Positions 1 to 13,500 of a stretch of 64,000 nt of DNA are shown piece after piece. The notes under the pieces were generated by a model. It was given only the letters and a program-made list of their open reading frames with translations, did not search any database and was not told where the DNA came from. The stretch's first letter is position 1. The number at the start of each line of letters is the position of its first letter. Origin of the DNA: Eledone cirrhosa (lineage: Eukaryota); assembly GCA_964016885.1 (NCBI GenBank), contig OZ024743.1, forward strand, positions 286,626,001-286,690,000, given 5' to 3'. The position numbers and the translations under genes were made by a program.

Positions 1-629
1 ATACAATAAACCAACATTTTATAACATTCTGATTGTTGTTGTTTAGTCCCATGTCAGACCAATGATCAAAGACGATCCAGCCATGACCATCTCATCTCTT
101 TTAGCGGTTGGAAGGGATTGCATAAAAAAACTATATTATTCAATGTGTTTTTTTCTTTAAGATGTTAGGGTGGAGTTTAGAGATTTCTAGCTGGTTCACA
201 CAAGGTCTTCCTTATATTCATTTTTGGTTGTTTATCATTATTAATCATTTAATATATTTTTTTATAAATTTTGTACATTTAGATGGAATATATATTTGAA
301 ATATAATGTATTTGTTATATAATGTTATATATATATATATTTATATAGAAAAACACATTCTATATACATGGTTATACAGCTATTGACATAATAATCAATT
401 TTCCATGTTGATTATGCAATACGAATATGTATTTATCTTCCTACGTTTCACTGTCTCACAGCAACATGGTAGATTTGATATAACTAAATTTACAATATTT
501 GGAATACATTCAGATATGAGGCACGATAGTAATACTTTTAATATAACAGTCACTAACATATTCAAATATATTAGTCTGATAAATATTATATCAGGTAAAA
601 CATGAGATGTTCTGTATGGGAGAAAAATA

Positions 630-892
630 TATAGTTGTCCCCCAATATTCACGGAGGTTACGTTGCTAAAGCACCCACGAAGAGTGAAAAACTGTGAATA
701 TTGGATGTGGTCCATAAAAATGCCGATAAACGTCAAAACATAGGCCAGCAAATACGGTATATTGTTATTGATAAGTTAGCGTTAAAAATCGTAAAAAAAA
801 TATATATATATCGCTACGAAAAAAGTCATAAAAAATTCGCGGAAGATATTTACGATTCCGCGAATAACCGGACGGCGGGGGGTACACTGTAT
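630..892. mobile_element. pogo/Tigger-like MITE remnant
   Basis: Imperfect TIRs TATAGTTGTCCCCCAATATTCACGG ... CCGCGAATAACC..GGGGGTACACTGTA with TA ends. Confidence 0.5.
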
Positions 893-917
893 ATAGTTTC
901 AAGTAGAGACCTATATA

Positions 918-1302
918 TAATTGTTTCTACTTTAGGCACAAGGCCAGCAATTACCCAGTGCATTACTGGTACTTTATTTTATCGACCCCGTAAGGATGAA
1001 AGGCAAAGTCAACCTCGGCGGGATTTGAACTCAGATCGTAAAGGGACGTAACTATGCTGGAAAGCAAGGCGTCCGACCCTCTACTGATACTGCAAATCCA
1101 CCGCTATATATAATTGCTTCTATTTTAGGCACAAGGCCAGCAATAACCCAGTACATTACTGGTACTTTATTTTATCGACCCCATAAGGATGAAAGGCAAA
1201 GTTAACCTCGGCGGGATTTGAACTCAGATCGTAAAGGGACGTAACTCTATGCTTCAAAGCATGGTGTCCGACTCTCTACCGATACTGCCAATCCACCACC
1301 GC
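918..1302 (-). mobile_element. Two tandem tRNA-derived SINEs (family A, Nin/Deu-type core)
   Basis: Head GGCGGTGGATTGGCAGTATC (A box), GAGTTCAAATCC (B box), core GCCTTTCATCCTTACGGGGTCGATAAAATAAAGTACC; copies 918-1105 and 1111-1302. Confidence 0.85.
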
Positions 1303-1427
1303 TATATATAATATGTCCAAATGAACATTAAAAATATTGTGCGGTGACTATTAAAAAGTATTGAGTTGTGTCCCTTGAAGCTAAGGATGGTAACTTCTAA
1401 TGAAATTGTGACAAACAAGGCATTCAC

Positions 1428-1571
1428 CTTTCACTCATATCTGTCATATGTTCTTGGAGCCAACTGGAACTAGAAGCAGCAACAACATGGTTCATTGCAT
1501 GATTGTTAATACCATATGTGACGACCATATGTACCACGAATGCTAAAATTGTACCAATTAAGAGACGGCCG
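1428..1571 (-). CDS. SLC30A6: SLC30A6 exon 9 (GRLLIGTILAFVVH...SSSWLQEHMTDMSE)
   Basis: 144 nt, CAG/GTGAA; C-terminal part of supplied ORF 1424..1765. Confidence 0.95.
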
Positions 1572-4500
1572 CTGCAAAATAAAAAACAAATTAAAATAAT
1601 CAGAAAAGACCCCTTTCCAAGCAACTTATAGCCTGATGCTTGCTCTCTCTCTCTCATCTTACTCTCACAATTGCCACTCCGACTGGGCCAAGGACACAAT
1701 GAGCATCCAAATGTTGTAATGAAGTAGCATTGGTGACATGAAAGATACACCCATAACAAAAGCACTCAGTCTACCCTGTAAGGGTTGTACTGGTGCCACA
1801 AATCCATGAAGGAGTTGGAGGCAAAATTCTAGGCACAGACATGGAAAAAGAATCTGGAATCAAGGGGTCTGAAAGTAAGTTTGATGAAAATTAAGGTCGT
1901 GTGAGGTAGGAAGGAGGATAAGAACTGGATACTATTGGGAGGTAGTCTTGTTTGATATATCGAGGACGGGTGGGTGTACAAGAGATGTAGTGGGATTACA
2001 CGCAGGTTGGCAAAGAAGATAGACTTTGTGTGCAGTGGATGACTAGAGGATGTACGGATTATGAGCACACATGAAATACATTTCCTCAATTGGGAGGTTC
2101 CCTAATGGACGTTGACAGATTTTGTTGTCTGGGTAACCTAGCTGGCAATGTGGGGGTTGAGCTTGGGGTGTGTTGTGTTCCAAAACTGTGGTAGCTAGAG
2201 TGAGAAGAGTCTGGTGGAGGTTTTATGAAGTTAGTACCTCTGCTGACAATGATGAGGAAGTGCTTCACTTATGGAGTGTGAGCTAGGCTGTGAGATATCT
2301 GCATGTGAGCGATGATGCTGCATGGCAGCGAGACATGGGTGTTAACTGCAGAGGACTTGATATGGCTGGAGGGTGGTAGAACAAGTATGGTCATCAATCA
2401 AGTCAATGATTGACAAACTCAGTAGGACTGATGCCATGATCAATGGCTCTGATAAAGCACTAACTTGGTCTGTGATGACTCATCAAAACTGGGTAGCAAG
2501 GAAAACAGATGTTAAATAATGAAAATGATGATGATGATATAGTATTATTCTCGCATTCGCCAATATATTATATATAAATGCAGATGCGAGAAAGTAATGA
2601 AGGAAAAAAAATTGGCTTTGAATTTTTCAACCTTTGGTCCTATAATATCAGAAGCACTGCAACTTCTTCTAATAGAAATAAATTGCAGCATTAAAATATT
2701 CTAGTTTGATATTCTTGTTATATGAAGTCTCTATGTTAAAATATGAAGTTTGAAAATAAAATATAAGACAAAGAAACTTACGTGTGTATCTCTGGCTGTA
2801 CAATAAATCTTTCAATACTAAGTTAGAAAAAAACAAAAATACCAGTTTGATTATTAGCATTTAATAATATTTAATAATATTAATAGCATTTAATAATATT
2901 AATCATAATAACAACAATAACACACAAAACACACCACATTACTCTATACAATCACTACGCAATAATAAAATACACCGATCACATAACACATACGAAATAC
3001 AAACACCCAACAAAATAATACAATTTCATTTTACATTACAGACTAAACACAAGAATATCACTAGAAACTACAAACCAATGCAAAACTGGTGTAATATATA
3101 AACAGAAAACAGCACAGCTCCCATGACTTTCGGAAACATTTGTTCTTGCTCAGAGTTGCTGAAGCATGGAACAAACTACCAGCATCAGTTGTTAGCTGTT
3201 GGGACACTGCATCCTTCAAAACTTCCATGCTTTCTGAAATTTGCCAACACTACACATGATATTCCCCCTACATACACATGCACGTGTCTGTGTGTATATC
3301 ATGACTCATACACTGTTCACTTTTCTGATATTTGTACATTATTCTATATACTATACATGCACCTGAGCACTGTACACAATAATTTTCATTATTATTATAA
3401 TTCTACATCCTTGAAAGACATTGCTGCACATACCTTGGGGACTCAGAGGTGAACCAAATGGTGCAGTAGAAACTTAAAACTTGAAATGTAATCATCCCAA
3501 TGCAAATAACTATACTAATAATCACAGTTTAATAATAATGAATAATAATGAAATTATTGTGTACAGTGCTCAGGTGCACTACAACTCATCAAAGGTGCAT
3601 GTATAGTACATAGAATAATGTACAACTGTCAGGAACATGAACAGTGTACGAGTCATGAAATACATGTGTGCGTGTGTATGGAGGAAGGGGGGGGGGGCAT
3701 CAGGTGTAGTGTTGGCGAATCTCAGGAAGCATGGAGGTTTTAAAAGATGCAGTGTCTCGACAGCTAACAACTGATGCCGGGAGTTTGTTCCATGCTTCAG
3801 CAACTCTGAGCGAAAACAAATGTTTCCAAAAGTCATGGGAGCTGTGCTGTTTTCTGACTTTGTAGGCATGCCCACATGTGTTAGACACATAGAAATCAAA
3901 AAGGTGCTCAGGGTTGTTGTTGGCAAGATGGTTAATAATTTTGTGGGTGTTTACCAAGTCAATTGACAGATGTTGGAGCTTCAATGAATCCATGCCCAGG
4001 CAAGCATGGCGTTCAGAGTATGGTACATGCCTGATGGAGGGTATTCGCTTGGTTGCACGTCTCTGAACAGTTTCCAGGAGGTCAATGTTCTGAGCAAGAT
4101 AGAGGTTCCAGACTGGTGATGCAAATTCTAAGTGTGGCCGCACTATAGCTATATACAGCTTTAAATAGATAGCTGGCGAGCGGCTGACAAAGGTCTTGCT
4201 GAGTGATGCTAAGACACCCTCGGCCTTCTTGACAATTTTAGAGACGTGCTTCGTCCAACGCAAATCGCTGCTGACCGTAATGCCCAGGTCATGTTCACAA
4301 GAAGACTTCTTGATATTAGTGTTGTGGAGAGAGTATGTGGACGCTGGGTTTTTACTCCCAAAATGCATGGTGGTACACTTGTCCACAGCCAACTTGAGTT
4401 GCCAGTCCGTGATCTATTGTTGCATTGAGTCCAGGTCAGATTGCAGGAAAGATCTATAGTGTTCAGGATCTGTCTGTCCTTTTTATCTCAAGGTACAGCT

Positions 4501-7500
4501 TGATGTCATCTGCATATTTCAGTACTGTGGCATTCTTTAAGTTGGCATCTATGTCATTAATATATGCCACAAACAAAAAGGAGCCAAGAACAGATCCCTG
4601 TGGTACACCAGATGACATCTCATACGGTGAGGAATGCTGTCCTAGAACTGTGACTACCTCTCTTCGACTGAGAATGAAGGACTTCAACCAGTTAAAAAGA
4701 TCATCTTTCACACACATTGCAGAGAGTTTTGCCATAAGTCTTTTGTGTGGCACAGAATTGAAAGCTTTAGCAAAGTCAAGGTAAACAACATCCACCCATG
4801 AGCCACCAGTGGTTTTATCTCAGGCAAAACTGGATGAATGGTCAGAAGGAAAATGTAACTGATACATTAATATAGGATAGTTAGTAGGTTTTAAGGTAAA
4901 AACAAAAACAGTGTCACAATAATATAATACAGATTTTCTCTTGTTTAGATAATATAATGTAACATACCTTTCTTTAATGATAAACAATGCACCAAGTTGT
5001 GCCAGCATGGTACTTGCAAATACTGCTAGGACAACAAACCGATCATACCTAGGAGGAATTATATAAAATAAAAGAGTAAATGATAATTATATTACCAAAG
5101 TAAAGCTAGACAGCTTTTCTTAAACATAACTACAAAAGAGATTAGTCAACATTGACAATATTTATGTACAAAATGGATGACAGACTGAAAACTTTTTGTG
5201 TTATTGAAACTGAAACGTATAGAGACAACTAGCTGCATGAAACTTTCAAAATCACTAAAAAGAGTTAATGCAACCTGTGGCACATAAGTAATGAGCTGAT
5301 ACCTTTATTGAAATAGAGGATCACATCTATAGCACTGGCATTATGAGATGTAACCCAAACTACTATTTAGCTATCAATAATAATAATGAAAATATTGTGT
5401 AGTGCTCATTGTGTAGTGCTCAAGTGCACTACAACTCATAAAAAGTGTATGTATAATACATAGGGTAATGTACAAACGTCAGGAAAATGAACAGTGCATG
5501 AGTCATGATATACACATGTGTGCATGTGTATGGAAGGGGGACATCAGGTGTAGTTTTGGCGAATTTCGGGAAGCATGAGGGTTTTAAAGGACGCAGTGTC
5601 TCGGCAGCTAACAACTGACGCAGGCAGTTTGTTCCATGCTTCAGCAACTCTGAGCGTGAAAAAATGTTTCCAAAAGTCATGGGAGCTGTGCTGTTTTCTT
5701 CTCATTTGTTATGGGTTCTTAGAATACAACACTTTACAATAACCATTATGTCATTAAGATATACTTCATACACTATATTTTGAGAATCTCACAGCAATAT
5801 TTTTTAATTTCCTTTTTTTTCTTTTTACAAAAGAAAGTATAAATCATATTTGCCAAAATGGACGTGCAAAATTGACATTAAATGGTGATGATGATGATTA
5901 ACTTTTTCTTCACTATATTTCTAAAGACAGACACTGTCTATGATTTTCAAATAATTATAAAAATAATCAAGAATTTGAAGGGATTTAGTGATGTAACTAT
6001 TAAACTGGTGTTTGGAACATAACTTAATAGAGGTTCTTAAATAAAATTATGATGGAAGTTTTGATATTAATATAAAAACTTTAAAGTAATTTTTTTTTAT
6101 AAAAAAGGTTAAACAAAACTCTGAGAGCTCAAAGTTTGCAGCACAAGTAGTCAAGTCGAAACTTTTGAATGTCTTGTATTGAAAATATATACTAGCAAAG
6201 GGTTTGGTCATAAGACTGACAGTGCTGATTTCAAATCTTTCTATAAGCTACTGTACTGGTAGTAAACTGAATATTTTACTATCAAAGATGTTTAAAAGAA
6301 TGGAACACCAATGAGTTTTTCCAGAATTATGGGAGAGAAAAAAATGATTCATGTAATATGATGTACACAATAATTGTTTCTACTTTAGGCACAAGGCCAG
6401 CAATTACCCAGTGCATTACTGGTACTTTATTTTATCGACCCCGTAAGGATGAAAGGCAAAGTCAACCTCGGCGGGATTTGAACTCAGATCGTAAAGGGAC
6501 GTAACTATGCTGGAAAGCATGGCGTCCGACCCTCTACTGATACTGCCAATCCACCGCCCATGATGTACACAATAATGTTTATGTAAAGTTTACAATATGT
6601 TCTTTGTAAAATGGATACCAAAAATGAGGAGAAATACAAAAGAGATCTTACCCAAAAGAATATAAGGAAGATGATCGTTGATAGTGAATCCATAATGTAA
6701 GCAAACATGTCAATAAGCTGGAAAAAAAAATTTGAAATCATATTTAGATAATCACAATTATATCTCACTTGTCTCATATAATGATAAGGATGGTGTTCCT
6801 AAAAGTTATGGATGTGAAATGTTAAAAAGCCAACAAAAGAAATCTTACCTGAAAATGTCAAATATGGTGAGATAGGTGTAGGCTGTGAGAGCTGTAAGAA
6901 TATAGAGGAATAGAGAGTAAGAGCTGTAAGAATATAGAGGTGTAGAGTATAAAAGATGTAGAAATAGAGGTGTAGGCTGTGAAAGATGTAACGATATACA
7001 GATGTAGAATGTGAGAGCTGTAAAAGTATAGAGTGTGACAGATGTAGAAATAGAGGTGTAGGCTGTGAGAGTTGTAACAATATGTAGATGTAGACTGTGA
7101 GAGCTGTAAGAATATAGACATGCAGAGTATAAAAGATGTAGAAATAGAGGTGAAGGCTGTGAGAATTGTAATAGAGAGGTGTATGCCACAAGAGTTAAAA
7201 GAATAGAGAGGGTGTAAGCAGTGAGAGCTGTAAGAACAGAGAGATGTATGTCACAAGAGCTGTAAGAATAGAGAAGTGTAGGTCACGAGAGTTAAAAGAA
7301 TAGAGAGGTCTAAGCAGTGAGAGCTGTAAGAATAGAGAGATGTAGGTTGTAAGAGCTATAAGAATAGAGAGATGTAGGTTGTAAGAGCTATAAGAATAGA
7401 GGGGTGTAGACTGTGAGAATAAGATAGAGAGGTATAGGCTGTGAGAGATATAAGAAAAGATAGGTGAAGGCTGTATGAATAGAATAAGTAAAGGCTGTGA

Positions 7501-10500
7501 GATCTGTTAGATGGTGTTATTGTAATGCAGTGAATTGGCAGTATCGGTAGAGGGTTGGATGCCATGTTTTCTAGCATAGTTACGTCCATTTACAGTCTGA
7601 GTTCAAATCCCGCCGAGGTTAACTTTGCCTTTCATCCTTACGGGGTCGATAAAATAAAGTACCAGTAATGTACTGGGTAATTGCTGGCCTTGTGCCTAAA
7701 GTAGAAACAGTTATTGTAATGTTCTGCAATTTTGCTGAGGTATTTAGATCTTTTTGAGTGGTTGGATATGTGGTTGTTGTTCAACGAAAGTCAGTCAAAC
7801 TTGAAATAATTTATGATCAAAGGTGTAGCAGTGATCATTCTGCCTTTTTTTCAAGCATATTTCAAGGATTACATTATCTAATGTACCCCTCCTTTTCTTC
7901 AAGACAATAGAAAATTATTCTAGGGAGATTTAGCTGCTATTTCTCATCTTTAAGTAACTGCATAGGAGCTCTTTTATTGGACATGTGGTTGCATGTCATG
8001 GAACACATAAATTAACCCATTAGCATTTACATTACTCTATATATACTATTTTATTTTCGCAGTAAAGGCTTTATCTCACACAATGTCGAATCTATGTGAT
8101 TTTGATATTTATTTTGAGAACAATACCCTAACATCAGTATGAGTGGCAGTTACGATCAGTTTGAAGAGAAAGAGGTTGAATTCAAATGCTAAAGGGTTAA
8201 GTTACAAAGATTTACATTCAAAGATTCTATAAATATTTTAAGAGTAACAAAAACATACCCATGCTTCCGGTAGAATGACACCATAATAACAGGATGACAG
8301 TTCCGATAACATTAATAGCACCAAATAAGAGAATTTTCTGAGCCTAAAACAGATTTGAGGAAAATGTATTAAAATATTAAACTTATGTAAATAATTTTTA
8401 TACACCACAGTTTATATTCACCAATTTCTCTAACGACAGAATAGCATTGAGCTGAAATACTCCTAAGTCATACATAGAAGTAATGGCATAAAGTAAAGGT
8501 AAGCACTCGGTAAACTAACTCTGGAACATTGTTTTGATTTAACATCATTTCTTCAGAATGGAATAAATGGGTCCAATAATCAGGTTTTCTTTCCTCTCCT
8601 AAATAGTCTTATCTCAATATTATTTACAATTGTATTAACTGTTTTGATTTCGTTTTCTTGAACTTTGGATTTTTCTTATTTTAATATTAATTCTTAACAA
8701 TGATATTAAAAAAAAAAAAAAAAAAATGAAAAGAAATATGGTGGCTTAAAACTTACTCTTTTGACTTTCAATATGTCAGATAATTCTTTCAGAAGAACTT
8801 CTGGTATAGAATGTGGAGTTGTTAAAAAAGGATAGATAGTTCCCTAAAATATAGAGTTTTATTAAAATTAAAATTCAGAATGAACAAAAAATCCCAAAAC
8901 AAAAGTATCAATAAGAACAAAGCTTCTGTAGAAAAAGATCAAAACAATTTTAATTAAAAAAATAAAACAATAACAAAAGCATCTAGTTGAAGCTTTTTAA
9001 CAGAGTCACAAAATTTTAGACATTGGATGAAATATTTCAGAAGAATAAAAAGGTATATTGCAGTAAATTTATGCTTACTACATAAGGTTTAACTTTGGTT
9101 AACTCTTTAGCACTTACATTACTCTATATATACTATTGTATTTTTGTGGTAAATGCTTTATCTTACATAATATCTAATCTACGAGATTTTGATGTTATTT
9201 ATTTTGAGAACAATACCTTAACATCAGTATAAGCAGCCAGTTACGACTGGTTTGAACAGAAAGAGATGAGAGAAATCTGGCCGGTTATGGCCAGGTCAAA
9301 GGCTAAAGGGTTAAACAAAAGTTTGTGGAAGATTTGCAGTAGTTATTGTCATGAATGTGTTACAAAATCATAAATTTATAGAAACAGGGTAGAACTGAAT
9401 TGAACTTATATGCTTTTACATATTTATTCATGCTGGAGGAATGAAAGTTAAAACAAACTGCAGGAGGATTTCCATTTGTACTGTAAATACTGCTTGGCAT
9501 TTAGTTTGTGATTTACTACTTTGGCTACTTCACAGCTTTGTAATATTAATAATAAACAATAGATCGAGAGGACTTTTCTGTTGTGTCAGAGACATGACAT
9601 CACCCATGCTGATATCACAATAAAGTGCACCTGATACACTCAGTAGCGAGTAGGAATATAAGTGAGATGAAGCCCTCTGGCCCACCTGAGAAGTCAGTAG
9701 CAACGGCCCATCCAACCCTTGCTAACAGGGAGAATGGATGGTAAATATGGCACCGATAATAATAAGGATCAGTAAATTAACTCAGCTCTTCTAAAACTCT
9801 TTGATTAGATGTAAATAGATATAAGAAATTATGTTAATATTGACTGAGTTCATGAGGATACTGTGCCTCATCAACCTACTGTGTTGTTTTTGCTTCATTT
9901 ACAAGAATCACAGGTAGCATTAGGAAGCTGACATATTAACAGGGAAGTTCTGTTTTTAAATTTCATTTATTAAGCAAATTACTGATGGCTAAAAATCTTT
10001 GTAGCCCCTTTTTCACGATGATGATGCTGATGATGAAAAATCATCATCATCAATGTTTAGCATAGATAAAGAAAAAAAATCCACACAGCAGTTAGTGATT
10101 CACAAAGAAAAGGAAAGATAATTTCCATGCTTAAGGGGAAATTAAGCAACAAAAAACAGGGAGGACAGATGCTACACCCCAATCTGAGAGATGATTCTGC
10201 TGTGCTCCACAGACAAAGGGAATGATAACAGCAACAATGTTTCATCTTATTGAACTTATCAGAGTAGTATTGTCAGTGTGAAACTACTTGATCTTTAATT
10301 TTTTGCATATATAATTTGGTATGTTACTTTTCTGGATGAGAAAAGCTCGCAAGAACAAGCAGTGAGAATATTGTATAAATGATAAGTGTTTTGTGATATC
10401 TGCACCAAACAATGGATGCAGACCTACTTGCTTACAACTACCTTTCTGTTTTAGAAATTACCATTTCATCTCCCAACCAACCTTGTAAAAGTCACATTAA

Positions 10501-13500
10501 AAGTGGTAGTTATAAAGCACAATAATTGAGATTAAAGAGTTAAGATTACTGATCACATGATCATTAGTTCACACCTTACTATGTGGTTCTATGTTTCAAT
10601 TCATCCTGCTAACAACAGGTTCTGTTCCTACTTAACTTTTAACATCCTGTAATGATTAAGCAGAAAATATTTAAAAACAGGATTGTTAATTCAAATATTT
10701 GTATTAGCTTTACTAGTGGACAGATCATTGTGAAAATTTGCATAATTAAATTAAAGACTTTAAAATTTAATTGTTTCTACTTTAGGCGCAAGGCCAGCAA
10801 TTACCCAGTGCATTACTGGTACTTTATTTTATCGACCCCGTAAGGATGAAAGGCAAAGTCAACCTCGGCGGGATTTGAACTCAGATCGTAAAGGGACATA
10901 ACTATGCTGGAAAGCATGGCGTCCGACCCTCTACCGATACTGCCAATCCACCGCCCGACTTTAAAATTTAATGTGAGGCAGTTATAGTGCTGTTTTGTAC
11001 TTTTCAAGAATGTCTTACTAATGCAGTTTCAAGTGGTACAGGATGTTAGGAATCAATATTCAAGTGGTTAATACTTCAATAAAATAATCTACCTCATCAC
11101 ACATTGAAAAAAATGTCTGTACTTACAAGTGATTGATATTTTGGTACTATACAACTGGAAGATTCTTTATTTCCTAGAACTGAAAACGAAAACAAGAGAA
11201 CATATAAGGACATTTTTTTCACTGACTTTTAATGATAATATAACTGAAGTAAACAAACATATAATTAGTAATGTTTGGATATCAAAATAACAAAGTCATT
11301 GATTACCTAATATTCAAATAACACTTTGAGTTAGATGGTGTCCTTTCCCCATTGCAACAAAAAAGATACCAGCAAATGGATATGAAAGTTAATATATCTT
11401 TGGGGGTGGTACACAACCTTCAATAAACATTGATATTTATTGAAATGAAGCAGTGAGAAGAACCACAACTAATAGAAGTATGAGGAAGCTGAAATAGTCT
11501 TTAGCAATATATATATATATATATATATATACAAGCTTGGTATAATATGTGTTAGTTAAACAACTGACACTAGTGTGTAAAGGATAAAGCACTCAAGTGC
11601 AGGATAAAGCACTCAACAAAGCATACATATAGGTATAATAATGAAGTAGAGGTCAACAGGTTATAATTTACTTCATTTATTCATTACACAATTGCTGTTA
11701 TATGTATTTCGATAACTATTATGTAACAGTTATGATCTCATCAGACAGCTATTAAGTGATCAGAATGTTACATGAATAAAAATAAAAATTACACATGCTA
11801 TTCCTATTCACTGATAGATTATTGATGTTGCTCCCTCTAAACCCCGCTGACACTCACACACACACACACATATATATAGAGAGAGATCCAATAGTGTAGT
11901 AATCAAATCTAAATATTCCTAAGAGATATAGATACAAAATAGCTTTTTATCCTAAAATGTAATAAGAAAATATTTATGAATAGATTTATTCACTTAGAAA
12001 GTTTAGATGAGTAGAGAGGAGTACAAAAAAAAATGATCAAAATCTATTTTCAAATAGATATTTTCACAGTAGTTAAATGAAACTAACCAGTAGAGAAGGC
12101 TACCTTAAAATATATGGCATGAGTCAAATACGATTTCAAGAAAAAAGTATTACATTTAATTTAATATCATACATTCAATGTGGATAATTAAAATTCTTAG
12201 TCCTTTCTTTCTTATTGAGTCTACAGAGTGGTGGTGAAAAGATTGTGCGGCCACAATGTAAGCATTCTTGGCCTCTTCAGTATAACCAATTTAAAGAGAG
12301 AGGAAAGGAAATTACTCCAGTATTTGGCTGGTACTTTATTTAACAACCTTGAAGAGATGAATGGCAAAGCTAATCTCAGCAGGATGTGACCTCACAGTGC
12401 AAAAAGCCAACCCCCATCCAAAATAAAAAACAAACAAAACTTTCTGATGTTCTAAGGACTCAATCAGCATGTCACCTTAAGTCCTTAATGAAAAATTTCA
12501 AATAATGGTCTCTCTGTTCTATAAACAGTTTAAAAGTGAAATAAACTGATTAGTTATGAGGAAGAGAATAAGTTTAACATTTTGGACAAGACTTTGTCAC
12601 TCTGCAATGAAAGGATTTGCCCAAAATTATAGACTTTTTCACTTTCTCGTGGCAATCCATTTTTCTTTTCACTTTTGAACTGTTTAAACCCACATGCTAT
12701 TACCTGTTATGAATTTAGTTGTCATTGTTGTTTTTTTTTTATCCCAGGGTAAATCTTGATCAAAGGAATTTTATCCATGGCTTTCCCATCTTTTTAGAGG
12801 CATATACGACTACACAATCCAATGTGCCCTGTCACATAAGACAGGTGTAAGTTGGGAGAGAGTTACCTAGAATAATCTATGAATGAAAATATCCAGACTC
12901 GCAGTTGCTTCTGGGTAAAAAAAAGAGAGAAATTTAAGAAAAACTGAAACTTCAAATGGAGTGGGAGTGAGGCAGTTGACAAGGAATTAAATATCCATTC
13001 CAAAGAAGAATAAGATGATAAAATAGAATATGTTCTAAAATAGAACAGTCATCTTTCTCCTTCGATCTTTTTTTTTTCAACTCTTCCCTTCTCACACAGA
13101 TTCACTAAGTGTTTATATGTGAATGTAAGTGTGCGTAATGCTATCTTGTCTATTGCTGTGGGGTACATGTAAGTGCAAACTTATATTTATAGATTTAAAA
13201 AAAGGGTGTAGGGTTAAAGAAACTCAGTTAGTAATTGTAATGAAATTTGTATCATTTGCAAACAACATATACTTAACGGTTCACATTTATGTAAATATAT
13301 TCTATTTAAAAGCAAGTATATTACGAAAAATACATTTAGATAATTTAGAAGTGTTTACGCTAAAACCCATTGTTTTATTTGTTTTGGTACTTCAAGAAAG
13401 CCAATTTAATGTTTACATACCTTTATTATCATTTGTTATATTAAAACCCCCCCCCCCCCCCAAAAAAAAATGCAAGTATTTAGCAAGATTACTCCATACC

